Virus record (IMG/VR): IMGVR_UViG_3300033067_001743
Location: 1 to 64,000 of that record
Length of the DNA: 64,000 nt
Reading direction: 5' to 3' (one strand)
DNA from: a virus
Lineage: Duplodnaviria > Caudoviricetes
The notes beneath the pieces are model-generated. The model did not search any database and had not been told where the DNA came from. It was given only the letters and a program-made list of their open reading frames with translations. Shown here piece after piece: positions 48,643 to 57,538 of this stretch (position 1 is the first letter of the stretch; the number at the start of each line of letters is the position of its first letter). A program made the translations under genes and the position numbers.

Positions 48643-50928
48643 CTAAGTGTGACCATCACGCCAATTTTTTGCAACAGCAGGAGGTGCTGTTAGTGGTAAT
48701 TTTAATTTTGTTGTATTTTCCATTAAGTGTTGAACAATTTCAACTGCTTCATGTAACCTATCATCATCTTTTACATGCATAATGATTTGGTCATGTATTT
48801 GAGCAACAACCAATCCATCAATACCAAGTTCTTTAAACTTCCTGTTAATTGCTATTGCTGCCCTGTTTACAATTGAAGCGGCTAATGATTGAATTTGAAA
48901 GTTCCGGGAATTGTTTAGTCCATTAATGTAGTCAAGGAATAAACTTCTTACATCTTCCTTTCCTAATTTAGCCTCTAAACCTTTTCTAAAATTCCAATCA
49001 GTAATATCTTCTCCAAATAATTCATGTATTTCTTTAACTCGTGGAAGATGTCTTACACGACCTACTTGGGTCTTTATCCAACCATGTTCTTTAACATGAT
49101 CTTCCGAATCCTGCATCCACTTTCTAAGGTTTGGAAATCCACCTAAATAACCTTCAATAAGTTCATCAGCCTGTTTGGTAGAAACTCCAATACTTTGTCC
49201 TAATGCATATGCTTTCATCCCATAAGGAATTCCAAGTGAATATGCTTTTGCTTTTTGGCGGGCCGGTTTGTTTACTTTACCTAAGTAATTTTCAGCCTTC
49301 TTATCTGGACTAACATCTAACATTTTCTCTGTCTTAATGGCAATGGTAGAGTAAAAATCCCAACCTTTTAAGAAAATATCAATCAATCCCTGATCTCCGC
49401 TTACTGATGCAAACGTCTTTGGTTCAAGACTCTCATAGTCACAGTCAATGAAAGAGTATCCATCTTCTGGAATAAAAAATGCTCGAATGCTATTTCGATA
49501 TTTTAAAATAATAACCTCTTCTTCACCTTCTTCTAAAGGTCTTGGAAGTTGTTGTGCATCTGAACCGTATCTACCTGATATAGTTCCATGTTGCTTGTAA
49601 TAAAAGTAATATCTACCATCTTCGTTCTTTTCAAGATAGCGATCAATGTATGCAGACTTAATCTTCATTAATTTATTGAAAATGTACAAGTCCTTTGCCC
49701 ATTGATATTTTTCTGCTAATTTTTCAACTAAATCATCATCAAATTGATCTGAACCTTTTTCGGTTTTACTCAAAGGTTTGATATTCATGTGTCCAAATAC
49801 TATCTCACCTAACTGTTTCTTTGACTGAATATTTACCAATCCACCTTCCTGCTCTTTCCACAAATTAACAGCAATAATAACACCATCTTTTGCTGGTAAT
49901 AAATCAGGATCACCAGTCAACAAATAAGATTTAATATTAGAATCTGGTAATGTTTCTAAAGTTTTCTTTGTAATGCTAAACTTACCACTTTTTTCAGAAA
50001 CTGGAAGTGTTAGTCCATAATGTTTAATTATAGCCTGTGCAAAATTTCCCTTATTTGATGGAGGGTAATTAAATAATGCTGTTTCCATAACCCAGTTTCT
50101 AAATTCTGGCAATGGTCGAAAGGCTTCTATAACTTTATTCCTATACAATTCAATATCAAGTTCTATTTCATCACTTAAATTTTGAATGTATTCCATATCA
50201 AGTTTAACTCCGTGTTGTTCCATTGGAATTGTAACTTCCCTAAGTAATGGCATAACCTCATCTTCAAAAAAGAACTTTTCAAGACCTTCTTCCCTAAGTA
50301 TTTGCCAATAATAATGGCAAACTCTTAATGTTAGGTCAACGTCCTTTACAGCATAGGGCCAAATCACGTTTAAATCGCCCTTGTAGAGTTCAAAGTTACC
50401 TTTGGATACTTCACCCCCATTTTTCTTTACGTTCTCTTTAAGGGCTATTTGCTCCTCATTTGCGGCACTTTCCACATCAAACCCAAGTTCTTCTTGGATA
50501 GACACTGCTATGTCTTTAAGACCAAATTTACCCTCTTCTCTAACAGTGTGAACCATGAGCATTGTGTCAATGTACAAATATGGTAGTAAATCTATGCCAT
50601 AGTCATTTTTTGTGATTTGACAGTCGTATGATCCATTATGCATTACAAGGTTCTTTCCGATTAAAAATTTCAATATCTTTGGAGCCATTTCAGACCCTTT
50701 GATGCCATCAATCATAACATCTTTCAATGTTTCTGTTTCTGTGTCCCATTCGAATATTGGAAAATAATAACCTTCATCAATAACCCCACTAACAGCAAAT
50801 CCAATCAATTCACATTTTCTAACATTCAACCCAGTTGACTCCACGTCAAAGGCAAGCAAATCGTAATTTTCGATGTGATTAAGCATCTCTATTACAATCT
50901 CCTTTGTACTTGCTAATTTATAATTCAT
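48643..50928 (-). CDS. polA: family A DNA polymerase with 3'-5' exonuclease domain
   Basis: FDVESTGL, HNGSYD, YAVKD; GRYGS; motif A DYESLE, motif B RQKAKAYSLGIPYG, motif C QIHDQ. Confidence 0.95.
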   Translation of the reverse strand: MNYKLASTKEIVIEMLNHIENYDLLAFDVESTGLNVRKCELIGFAVSGVIDEGYYFPIFEWDTETETLKDVMIDGIKGSEMAPKILKFLIGKNLVMHNGSYDCQITKNDYGIDLLPYLYIDTMLMVHTVREEGKFGLKDIAVSIQEELGFDVESAANEEQIALKENVKKNGGEVSKGNFELYKGDLNVIWPYAVKDVDLTLRVCHYYWQILREEGLEKFFFEDEVMPLLREVTIPMEQHGVKLDMEYIQNLSDEIELDIELYRNKVIEAFRPLPEFRNWVMETALFNYPPSNKGNFAQAIIKHYGLTLPVSEKSGKFSITKKTLETLPDSNIKSYLLTGDPDLLPAKDGVIIAVNLWKEQEGGLVNIQSKKQLGEIVFGHMNIKPLSKTEKGSDQFDDDLVEKLAEKYQWAKDLYIFNKLMKIKSAYIDRYLEKNEDGRYYFYYKQHGTISGRYGSDAQQLPRPLEEGEEEVIILKYRNSIRAFFIPEDGYSFIDCDYESLEPKTFASVSGDQGLIDIFLKGWDFYSTIAIKTEKMLDVSPDKKAENYLGKVNKPARQKAKAYSLGIPYGMKAYALGQSIGVSTKQADELIEGYLGGFPNLRKWMQDSEDHVKEHGWIKTQVGRVRHLPRVKEIHELFGEDITDWNFRKGLEAKLGKEDVRSLFLDYINGLNNSRNFQIQSLAASIVNRAAIAINRKFKELGIDGLVVAQIHDQIIMHVKDDDRLHEAVEIVQHLMENTTKLKLPLTAPPAVAKNWRDGHT

Positions 50929-51616
50929 ACAAAAATGTGTGGTTTACTGTCGAAACAATTAAATCATGTAGATTTGTAAATGGATCATACTTATATAGTT
51001 TTTTATACCAGTAATCCAAGTACCTATTATTATCACTTTCTTCTGGTCGGCCATATATAATTTTTCCAGAATATAAATATTTACCAAATTCAACATTTGA
51101 TGTAAATCCGTAAATTCCTTTACTAATTGATCTTGGAAGCCAAAAAACTATTTTATCAGCAAGTTTTAGATAATGATCTTCCCATTCCACAACACTCATA
51201 TAATCCGGCCAAGGTCCACCAGTTTCTGGTTCTGGGAGTATTATAGTTCCGTTAAATCTGGCTTTTCTAAGAAGGGCTAATGCTTCAAATCTCCACAATA
51301 AGGTTTGGCCTTTTCTGGGAGAACATCCTGCTAAAAAAATAGATTCACCAATAATTTCTTTATCATATTGGCCTGTATAAATTATGTTCATTTCAGAGTT
51401 TTTATAAATGTTATATTCTGTATCAAAACTATCATCTGGACTAAATGGTTTATTACAGTATGAGCAAATAAATGAATTACCATCATTTACCCATGTACAA
51501 AACTTCATATCTCCTATGCCATTTTCATCATAAAACTTTTTACAAGTCTTACAATCACATAGATTTAATTTTAAACAATGTGGGCAATAAAATCCACCTA
51601 AAGTTTTATTTGCCAT
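50918..51616 (-). CDS. Cys-rich Zn domain fused to nucleoside 2-deoxyribosyltransferase-like domain
   Basis: Likely start at ATG 51616; CPHC...CDCKTC...CSYC, then SIFLAG...WR...EWE...IVFW...SNVEFG. Confidence 0.7.
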   Translation of the reverse strand: MANKTLGGFYCPHCLKLNLCDCKTCKKFYDENGIGDMKFCTWVNDGNSFICSYCNKPFSPDDSFDTEYNIYKNSEMNIIYTGQYDKEIIGESIFLAGCSPRKGQTLLWRFEALALLRKARFNGTIILPEPETGGPWPDYMSVVEWEDHYLKLADKIVFWLPRSISKGIYGFTSNVEFGKYLYSGKIIYGRPEESDNNRYLDYWYKKLYKYDPFTNLHDLIVSTVNHTFLYEL

Positions 51617-52193
51617 AAGGGAATACATTTTCGTCGTAAAATTTCTGCATAGCATTCCAACAGAATTTAATTTCATCTTCGGAGACTGGGGAAAAATGCC
51701 AAGCATCAACTCCCACATTAATCATTTTAGGTTGAACCTTCCACAATCCATGAATATGACCTGTAATGGAAAAATCTATATTTGTGTCTCTTGACATAGC
51801 AGAAACACACTCTTTTGGGTAATGATTTAAATAAACTGAATTTTCTCCAATTTCTACAAAACCCATATCATATATTTCATCAAAATATTTCTCAAGTTCA
51901 GCAGTTTTACCTTCATCATAATTACCAAGGATTAATTTAAACTTTGTATTCGGATACTTCTCTTTAATTTGAAGTAAAGTATTTTGGTTATACGGGGTAT
52001 AATTTACAAATACATCACCCAAATGCCATACAACGTCTCCATCTTGAAGAGACCTGTCTAAACTTTTTAAAATATTAGCATCACTGTAAATTGTATGTTT
52101 CCAAGGTCTATAAAATAAATTTGGTTTTCCATTATCTCCACCTAATCTGTCTTCTCCAAGATGCCAATCACTTGTAAAGTATGTCATTTTCAA
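51606..52193 (-). CDS. calcineurin-like metallophosphoesterase
   Basis: TSDWHLG, HLGD, GNYD, HYP, GHIH. Confidence 0.9.
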   Translation of the reverse strand: MKMTYFTSDWHLGEDRLGGDNGKPNLFYRPWKHTIYSDANILKSLDRSLQDGDVVWHLGDVFVNYTPYNQNTLLQIKEKYPNTKFKLILGNYDEGKTAELEKYFDEIYDMGFVEIGENSVYLNHYPKECVSAMSRDTNIDFSITGHIHGLWKVQPKMINVGVDAWHFSPVSEDEIKFCWNAMQKFYDENVFPYGK

Positions 52194-52386
52194 TTATTTT
52201 GTTTAAAACATTTTTATAATCAATCTCTTTTACTATAATCCATCGAACCTTTAGGAGGTTCATATACTCATCCTTAAAGATCAATTGATCCCTAAGTTTG
52301 GTAGCATCGTCAAAAGACAAAGGAAATGGAGTGTACAATCGTGTATCCCCCATTTCCTTTAATTCAATTACAATCCAATCCTTCAC
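52168..52386 (-). CDS. hypothetical protein
   Basis: 72-aa ORF. Confidence 0.5.
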   Translation of the reverse strand: MKDWIVIELKEMGDTRLYTPFPLSFDDATKLRDQLIFKDEYMNLLKVRWIIVKEIDYKNVLNKIIENDILYK

Positions 52387-52769
52387 TTCTTTCTTTTAGA
52401 AAGTTCTGTGAACATTTCCTCGATTTCAGGGCTGTCTGTAAGAGCCAGATAATCAGCAAGATACTGCTTCAAATCGAAATCTTTAGTTAAAGGACGGATT
52501 TTTGTGTAATAATCAACAGTACGTTTGTTGAGAGCATTTACCAAGTGAACTGTATCCATGTCGGCTATTTTTACAAGTCCATGAGCAGATGAGAAGTAAT
52601 ACCCTTTTGGTACTACTCCACCCAATCGAGTTGGGTTGATGCTTTCTCCTACTAAAGTAGCATATTGAATTAATTGTTCGGCAGTACCTCGAAAGGCTAC
52701 TCCATTGCTGAAATTGTATTCAACTGTTGTTGTTGGTGTGCTTGCTGGCATAATTGATCCTGTTATCAA
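52383..52769 (-). CDS. hypothetical protein
   Basis: IADMDTVHLVNAL motif. Confidence 0.6.
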   Translation of the reverse strand: MITGSIMPASTPTTTVEYNFSNGVAFRGTAEQLIQYATLVGESINPTRLGGVVPKGYYFSSAHGLVKIADMDTVHLVNALNKRTVDYYTKIRPLTKDFDLKQYLADYLALTDSPEIEEMFTELSKRKK

Positions 52770-52784
52770 GTTAATAATGTGTTT

Positions 52785-53867
52785 TTATCGTTTGTCAAGT
52801 TCGTACAAGAACTTTGTGCCGGGGTCTAAATCACGAGTATAACTGTTACTTTGAATGTAAATGTCATACTTGCTGGATACTGCTGGAATTTTTCTTGGTG
52901 AAAGAGTTCCGGCTGTTCCATATGGAAGTCCCATTTCTTTCCTGCACCAAACAGTATCAAAATTAGTTTCTCCTGTCAATTTGTCAACAAAAATAACTTC
53001 TTTGTTGGCCTGAATTTTCTCTGATCCAATCAACTCATAGAATCCACGGCCTGCCCTATAAGACAATCCCATATCTTCAACAAACTTCTTAATTTTGACT
53101 TTAAAAGGAACATCAACAACTTGATACTTTCCAAGCATTTCGCTCTTTGAATCAAATTCTGCTGATGTTGAATCTGTGACTCCCTTCAACTTAGCAAACA
53201 TGCTTCTAAAAGCAAGGTTAGTGCTAAATTCAGGTTTTGAACTTTGGAATGTATCCAAGGTTTCATTCTGCTTGTGAAGAATAGCAAGCAAATAATCTGT
53301 AATGTGGCCAAACTGACTTAGATCAAGTTTAATACCATTACTTAGTTTTGCCATTCCATCATAAAAGAATGATGCATCTCTGTTACCAAGGGCTTGAATT
53401 GAATAAATTGGAATGAAAGACTCTCCAAGTTTTGCAGAACGCTCTCTCCAATCAAATTGTTCGGTTTGACCACCTGAGCGATTTCCTTTTTCGTGTGGTG
53501 GTGCATCTCCAATCATAATGCAAAGTTTTTGCTCTGCACTCCAATCAAAAGAAAACATTTCGTTCAAAACATAGGCATATGCTTCTGGATAGTCTCCACC
53601 ACCGTTTGAAGAACCTCTGTTTACAAAGGAAATAATCTTGTTTTGGTCATCAGTAAGTTCTAACCTTTGAACCAAATCACGATCACAATAGTCATTGTGA
53701 ATAATGATACCAATTCGAAGGTTAGGAATGATGGAAAATAGTTGCTTTACCAGATTTTCTATCTGGCTGCGTACTTGTCGGCGTACTGACGACATTGATC
53801 CTGTATCATCAAATGATATGACAAGATCAAGACTTTTTGAAAGTCCTTCTTTAATTTCTACAGTCAT
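52785..53867 (-). CDS. vWA (MIDAS) domain protein
   Basis: FDDTGSM, GGDYPEAY, IGDAPPH; C-terminal GRGFYEL domain. Confidence 0.88.
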   Translation of the reverse strand: MTVEIKEGLSKSLDLVISFDDTGSMSSVRRQVRSQIENLVKQLFSIIPNLRIGIIIHNDYCDRDLVQRLELTDDQNKIISFVNRGSSNGGGDYPEAYAYVLNEMFSFDWSAEQKLCIMIGDAPPHEKGNRSGGQTEQFDWRERSAKLGESFIPIYSIQALGNRDASFFYDGMAKLSNGIKLDLSQFGHITDYLLAILHKQNETLDTFQSSKPEFSTNLAFRSMFAKLKGVTDSTSAEFDSKSEMLGKYQVVDVPFKVKIKKFVEDMGLSYRAGRGFYELIGSEKIQANKEVIFVDKLTGETNFDTVWCRKEMGLPYGTAGTLSPRKIPAVSSKYDIYIQSNSYTRDLDPGTKFLYELDKR

Positions 53868-53871
53868 AGTT

Positions 53872-54522
53872 TTATTGTTTTGGTTTTAATTTCCAACCTT
53901 TATGTTGAGATTTCTTTTCATTTACAACTTCACTCATTTTTGAAGGAGATAAGTTTTGATTCTTACAAAACTCCTTCATGTTTTTAACACCATATACTAC
54001 ATCATCCGGCGAAATTAAATATATTGTAGACTTGACATCTTCTATCCTTTGAAGTCTATATTTCACATGATCTGGATTTTGCTTCTTCCCCTTAAAAGCA
54101 GTTCTCCATTTTTGACGAGTTTCTTCACTTGGAACCCACCCTTTGTGGGACTCTGATAAATTTTTACGGGCTTCTTCCGTAACAACTCTTCCTAAATTTA
54201 TTTTGGAAATTTTATTTTTAGTTTCATCAGATAATAACCCTCTACCTTGTCCTGCCTTTAAATTGTATCCATTAGGTGAAAAAGTATTTAATTCCTTTAC
54301 CCAATAAATTTCCATTTCATCTAACTCTTCCTGAGTATTACATCTGCAAATCTCCTCAATTGTAAAGTACTCCCTACCATATTTTTTAATTGCTTTGGCA
54401 ATTGGCATACAATCGTGCGCAGACTTCCAACAATGTCTCTGAAATCTCTTCTCCAAAGTACCATGAGTTTGTCCTACATATTGTTTTTTATTTATTGAGT
54501 TTGAAATTATATATATTATCAA
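53872..54522 (-). CDS. GIY-YIG homing endonuclease with NUMOD3 repeats
   Basis: IIYIISN..NKKQYVGQT, NGYN, SDETKNKIS/SEETRQK. Confidence 0.9.
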   Translation of the reverse strand: MIIYIISNSINKKQYVGQTHGTLEKRFQRHCWKSAHDCMPIAKAIKKYGREYFTIEEICRCNTQEELDEMEIYWVKELNTFSPNGYNLKAGQGRGLLSDETKNKISKINLGRVVTEEARKNLSESHKGWVPSEETRQKWRTAFKGKKQNPDHVKYRLQRIEDVKSTIYLISPDDVVYGVKNMKEFCKNQNLSPSKMSEVVNEKKSQHKGWKLKPKQ

Positions 54523-54950
54523 AACAATTCACTCCTTACTTTCATAAGTAATTTACCTAATAAATTGGAACCTACTCCATTATGTTTTGAACAATAGCAA
54601 ATACCCCAACAGACATCACACCAGCGATTTCCTTCAATAAGGTAAGCATCGCCCGTTTCAAGGAGTTTTTCCCTTAAAATTGGATTTGAGTACTTTATTT
54701 TCAGAATGTCGTACATGACAGTTTCTTTAACCTGTTCCCAATCAGACCTAAGTGTAAGGTCTCTTCCGGCTCTTTTGGCTTTGCCGGGTGTATCTAAATT
54801 TGATACATGCTTACGCTGTTCTACATCAAGCGTTTTGGCTGCTTGATAAGCATGTTCAGAAGTTGGATAAGTTATACCTTCATACGGTATCCAACAACTA
54901 TAGAAGTTGGAGAGAAATCTATACTTCCCTTCAAAGAAATTTATAACCAT
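54519..54950 (-). CDS. NADAR (YbiA-like) family protein
   Basis: FLSNFY, YPTSEHAYQAAK, LRSDWE, LLETGDAYLIEGN.W.D..WG, NLLGKLLM..R. Confidence 0.92.
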   Translation of the reverse strand: MVINFFEGKYRFLSNFYSCWIPYEGITYPTSEHAYQAAKTLDVEQRKHVSNLDTPGKAKRAGRDLTLRSDWEQVKETVMYDILKIKYSNPILREKLLETGDAYLIEGNRWCDVCWGICYCSKHNGVGSNLLGKLLMKVRSELF

Positions 54951-55047
54951 ATTCTGGATGTATTACAATGTAATATAGCCCATAAGCAAGGACTAATTGA
55001 AATATAATAAGACCTATTGCTATCCAACCTTTTCTTCTCTTAACCAT
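54931..55047 (-). CDS. 38-aa single-pass membrane micropeptide
   Basis: Translated by hand: MVKRRKGWIAIGLIIFQLVLAYGLYYIVIHPEYGYKFL; first ORF after promoter 55061. Confidence 0.55.
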   Translation of the reverse strand: MVKRRKGWIAIGLIIFQLVLAYGLYYIVIHPEYGYKFL

Positions 55048-55060
55048 CTTAATTTTGCTA

Positions 55061-55112
55061 CAAAGATACAAATATTATATTTACAATCCTAATACTTTAA
55101 CATTTCATTAAC
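55061..55112 (-). promoter_or_regulatory. Bacteroidota-type promoter with GTTAA-N6-GTTAA repeat
   Basis: TATCTTTG at 55061-55068; plus-strand TTAAC at 55097 and 55108. Confidence 0.7.
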
Positions 55113-55591
55113 TATTTTCCGGTTGATCCATAACCCGATTCACCACGTTCTGATAAACTAAGTTCTTCTGCTTCTTCAATCTCAATTTTTGGATATGGCA
55201 TGATTACCATTTGACCAATCCTTTGCCCAACTTCCCAACAGTCACAATTTGCATATCTATTTCCAACTGTTTCAAATGTCTCATCATCATATTTGTAGTA
55301 TTCTGATATTGGAGTATAGTACATAAACTTAATTTCTCCTCTGTATCCAGAATCCACTACTCCAACAGAATTAGAAAGTATTTGGGATGTTTTGAAGTTT
55401 GAACTTCTTGGGAATATGAAGCCAACATAACCTTCTGGTATTTCTACTGCCAATCCGGTTCCATATTCAATGTAACCTTCTTTGATTACTGCTGATGTTG
55501 CTGTTAAATCAAGTCCTGCATCACCTGCTTTAGCATACGAGGGAATAACTGCATCTGGATGCAATTTTTTAAATTTTACTTTCATTTTCAA
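55112..55591 (-). CDS. dut: trimeric dUTPase
   Basis: AGLDL, FPRSS, GVVDSGYRGEI, RIGQ, RGESGYGSTG. Confidence 0.96.
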   Translation of the reverse strand: MKMKVKFKKLHPDAVIPSYAKAGDAGLDLTATSAVIKEGYIEYGTGLAVEIPEGYVGFIFPRSSNFKTSQILSNSVGVVDSGYRGEIKFMYYTPISEYYKYDDETFETVGNRYANCDCWEVGQRIGQMVIMPYPKIEIEEAEELSLSERGESGYGSTGK

Positions 55592-55862
55592 TTAAATTTT
55601 TAAGTATATCACCATGACAAGGTTTTGGATGACACCAACAGCCTAATGTTTTGTCTTTTAATTCATGTAAATCTTTTAAAAGGTAAGAACCTTCACCTGT
55701 TGTTATCCAATCTTGATAAGATTTTATTGCTTCTTCTCTACTTGAAACAACATACTTGGCTAAGGTTCTTCCATCCTGTATATGTGTAAAAGGATTCCCC
55801 CACTTAGTAGGTCTACCAATATACACATCATAAGGTTCTTTTTTACAATGTACTACTTTCAT
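55569..55862 (-). CDS. DUF4326 protein
   Basis: VYIGRPTKWGNPF...LGCWCHPKPCHGD. Confidence 0.88.
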   Translation of the reverse strand: MKVVHCKKEPYDVYIGRPTKWGNPFTHIQDGRTLAKYVVSSREEAIKSYQDWITTGEGSYLLKDLHELKDKTLGCWCHPKPCHGDILKNLIENESKI

Positions 55863-55880
55863 CCTTGGGTTTTTAGTGGT

Positions 55881-56399
55881 TTACCACAATTCTGGAAATA
55901 GTTTTGTTGTTGAAAATCTCTTGTGATCTTTACGCCATGTAGAAGGTCGAACCTTTCTGCCAGAAACAGACCAAAATCCGATCTTCTTTGCTTTAACAGT
56001 CTCATGTAAGGCTTGTAACTTGTTCTTCGTTTCTACAGCCATTTTAGGCTCTGAGAGCCACCATGCAAGACCATTTTCGATTAGATATTCAGTTACATCT
56101 ATTTTTGAGTCTTCTAAAGTAAGGCTAACCTTGCATATCATCCTTTGATACATGTCTCTGAATAGGGTTTCTACAGTAACTGTTTTTCCCTTTAAAAATT
56201 CTCTAAGTTTGTTTCCACTTTCAACACCATATGGTTGACTTTGGGTTACATAGTTTGAAATTACTTCTGGTGCATCACAGCCATACAATCTAACCCAAAC
56301 CACTTCTCCATCTTCGAACTGAACCTTGATTGAGTCTCCATCATGTACTGCTTTGACTATTCCTGTTTTTGTTTCTTTTGGTACTATTGCGTAACGCAT
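55881..56399 (-). CDS. thermonuclease (SNase-like)
   Basis: VHDGDS, VRLYGCDAPE, DMYQR, GLAW. Confidence 0.9.
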   Translation of the reverse strand: MRYAIVPKETKTGIVKAVHDGDSIKVQFEDGEVVWVRLYGCDAPEVISNYVTQSQPYGVESGNKLREFLKGKTVTVETLFRDMYQRMICKVSLTLEDSKIDVTEYLIENGLAWWLSEPKMAVETKNKLQALHETVKAKKIGFWSVSGRKVRPSTWRKDHKRFSTTKLFPELW

Positions 56400-56410
56400 T
56401 TTAATTCTCC

Positions 56411-56608
56411 TTATTTACCTTTATGCCATGATAACGACATGAAATGTACACTTAAACAAATTAGAACAAATCCAGAAAAAGTTTGTAAAAAGGTTATTCC
56501 CGGTTGACTAAAAATGTCTAAGATATTGTTTATGCAAAATTGCAAAAGTAGTAGTATGGTCCCATACACTACTATTATTTGAATTATGTTTATTATTATT
56601 CTACCCAT
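56411..56608 (-). CDS. small 2-TM membrane protein
   Basis: 65 aa, hydrophobic. Confidence 0.55.
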   Translation of the reverse strand: MGRIIINIIQIIVVYGTILLLLQFCINNILDIFSQPGITFLQTFSGFVLICLSVHFMSLSWHKGK

Positions 56609-56982
56609 TCAAGTGATTTTAATTTTGAACCTTCTTCTAAAAGATGATTTGCTATTGTGAATAATGTTTGAGTTATGTATTGTATATCAGTATTATCTAC
56701 AACCAATAATGGGTCTTTTAATATAGATACATCTTTAATAATTTGCAATACATGTTCTTCTAGCAGTTCATCAGATGCCACTATTATTTTATTATTAAGC
56801 ATCATTCCAACCCAATCTATAAACCTTAAATCTTGTATATATGGTTTGCCTAAAATTAAACCTTTGAATATTATAGATTTAGGATGTAAAACACCATCTT
56901 TATATTCTAAATAATGATACCTTGGTGTTTCGATGGTATATTCTACTCCATCATTTGTTATCTTCATTTTTTGTGTTGCCAT
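56596..56982 (-). CDS. hypothetical protein
   Basis: 128-aa ORF. Confidence 0.55.
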   Translation of the reverse strand: MATQKMKITNDGVEYTIETPRYHYLEYKDGVLHPKSIIFKGLILGKPYIQDLRFIDWVGMMLNNKIIVASDELLEEHVLQIIKDVSILKDPLLVVDNTDIQYITQTLFTIANHLLEEGSKLKSLEWVE

Positions 56983-57535
56983 GTTCTGCTATTTTTTTAC
57001 AAAGTTCTATGAAATATTTTTCATCAAATATATTTTTCATACGATTTACATTTTTATGTACCCATTGTATGTTCTCTCTATGGTATCCTACATTTGAATC
57101 AATTCTATCAATAGATGCTGTATTTATTTTATTATCATCTGATATGACTAATGATACACCAGATAAAGCACATTTTCTATCTTGTTTTTTAAATATATCC
57201 CATGCTTCGGATATAGTAATAGTCACACCCATTAATTTTCTTTTCTCCCCTCTATTTTTCAAATTTCTAAGAACACGCCTATTCCACCAATTTCCAGAAA
57301 TTTCTTCAAATCCTTGTGTCTTTTGAATACCGTTTGATGCCAAACATCCACAAGAAATGGGAATTTTTTGTTTATGAGTTAGCCTTCCTGATGTGGTATG
57401 GTATTCTTTATTACATGCAGTACAAAGACAAATCCACATCACAGATTTGTTTTTCTGTTTATTTACTGCCTCACTTCTTCTAAGAACTATTAGATAGTTT
57501 ATCTTTAATCCAGTTAAGTCTACAAATTTTCCCAT
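56951..57535 (-). CDS. HNH-type homing endonuclease
   Basis: DLTG....L.V...WIC.C, SCGC, CALSG...SIDRIDSNVGY...NIQWV...N. Confidence 0.8.
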   Translation of the reverse strand: MGKFVDLTGLKINYLIVLRRSEAVNKQKNKSVMWICLCTACNKEYHTTSGRLTHKQKIPISCGCLASNGIQKTQGFEEISGNWWNRRVLRNLKNRGEKRKLMGVTITISEAWDIFKKQDRKCALSGVSLVISDDNKINTASIDRIDSNVGYHRENIQWVHKNVNRMKNIFDEKYFIELCKKIAEHGNTKNEDNK

Positions 57536-57538
57536 ATT

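Noticed and set aside
51617-51718. N-terminal extension of ORF 50918-51718 in the track
   Set aside because: It overlaps the phosphoesterase gene by over 100 nt; ATG 51616 is the more plausible start.
13789-55591. Base-substituted genome (dZ, 7-deazaguanine, hmU, hmC)
   Set aside because: No purZ, que/dpd, dCMP hydroxymethylase or TET/JBP recognised in the window; ThyX plus dUTPase indicate normal thymine. Genes outside the window cannot be excluded.
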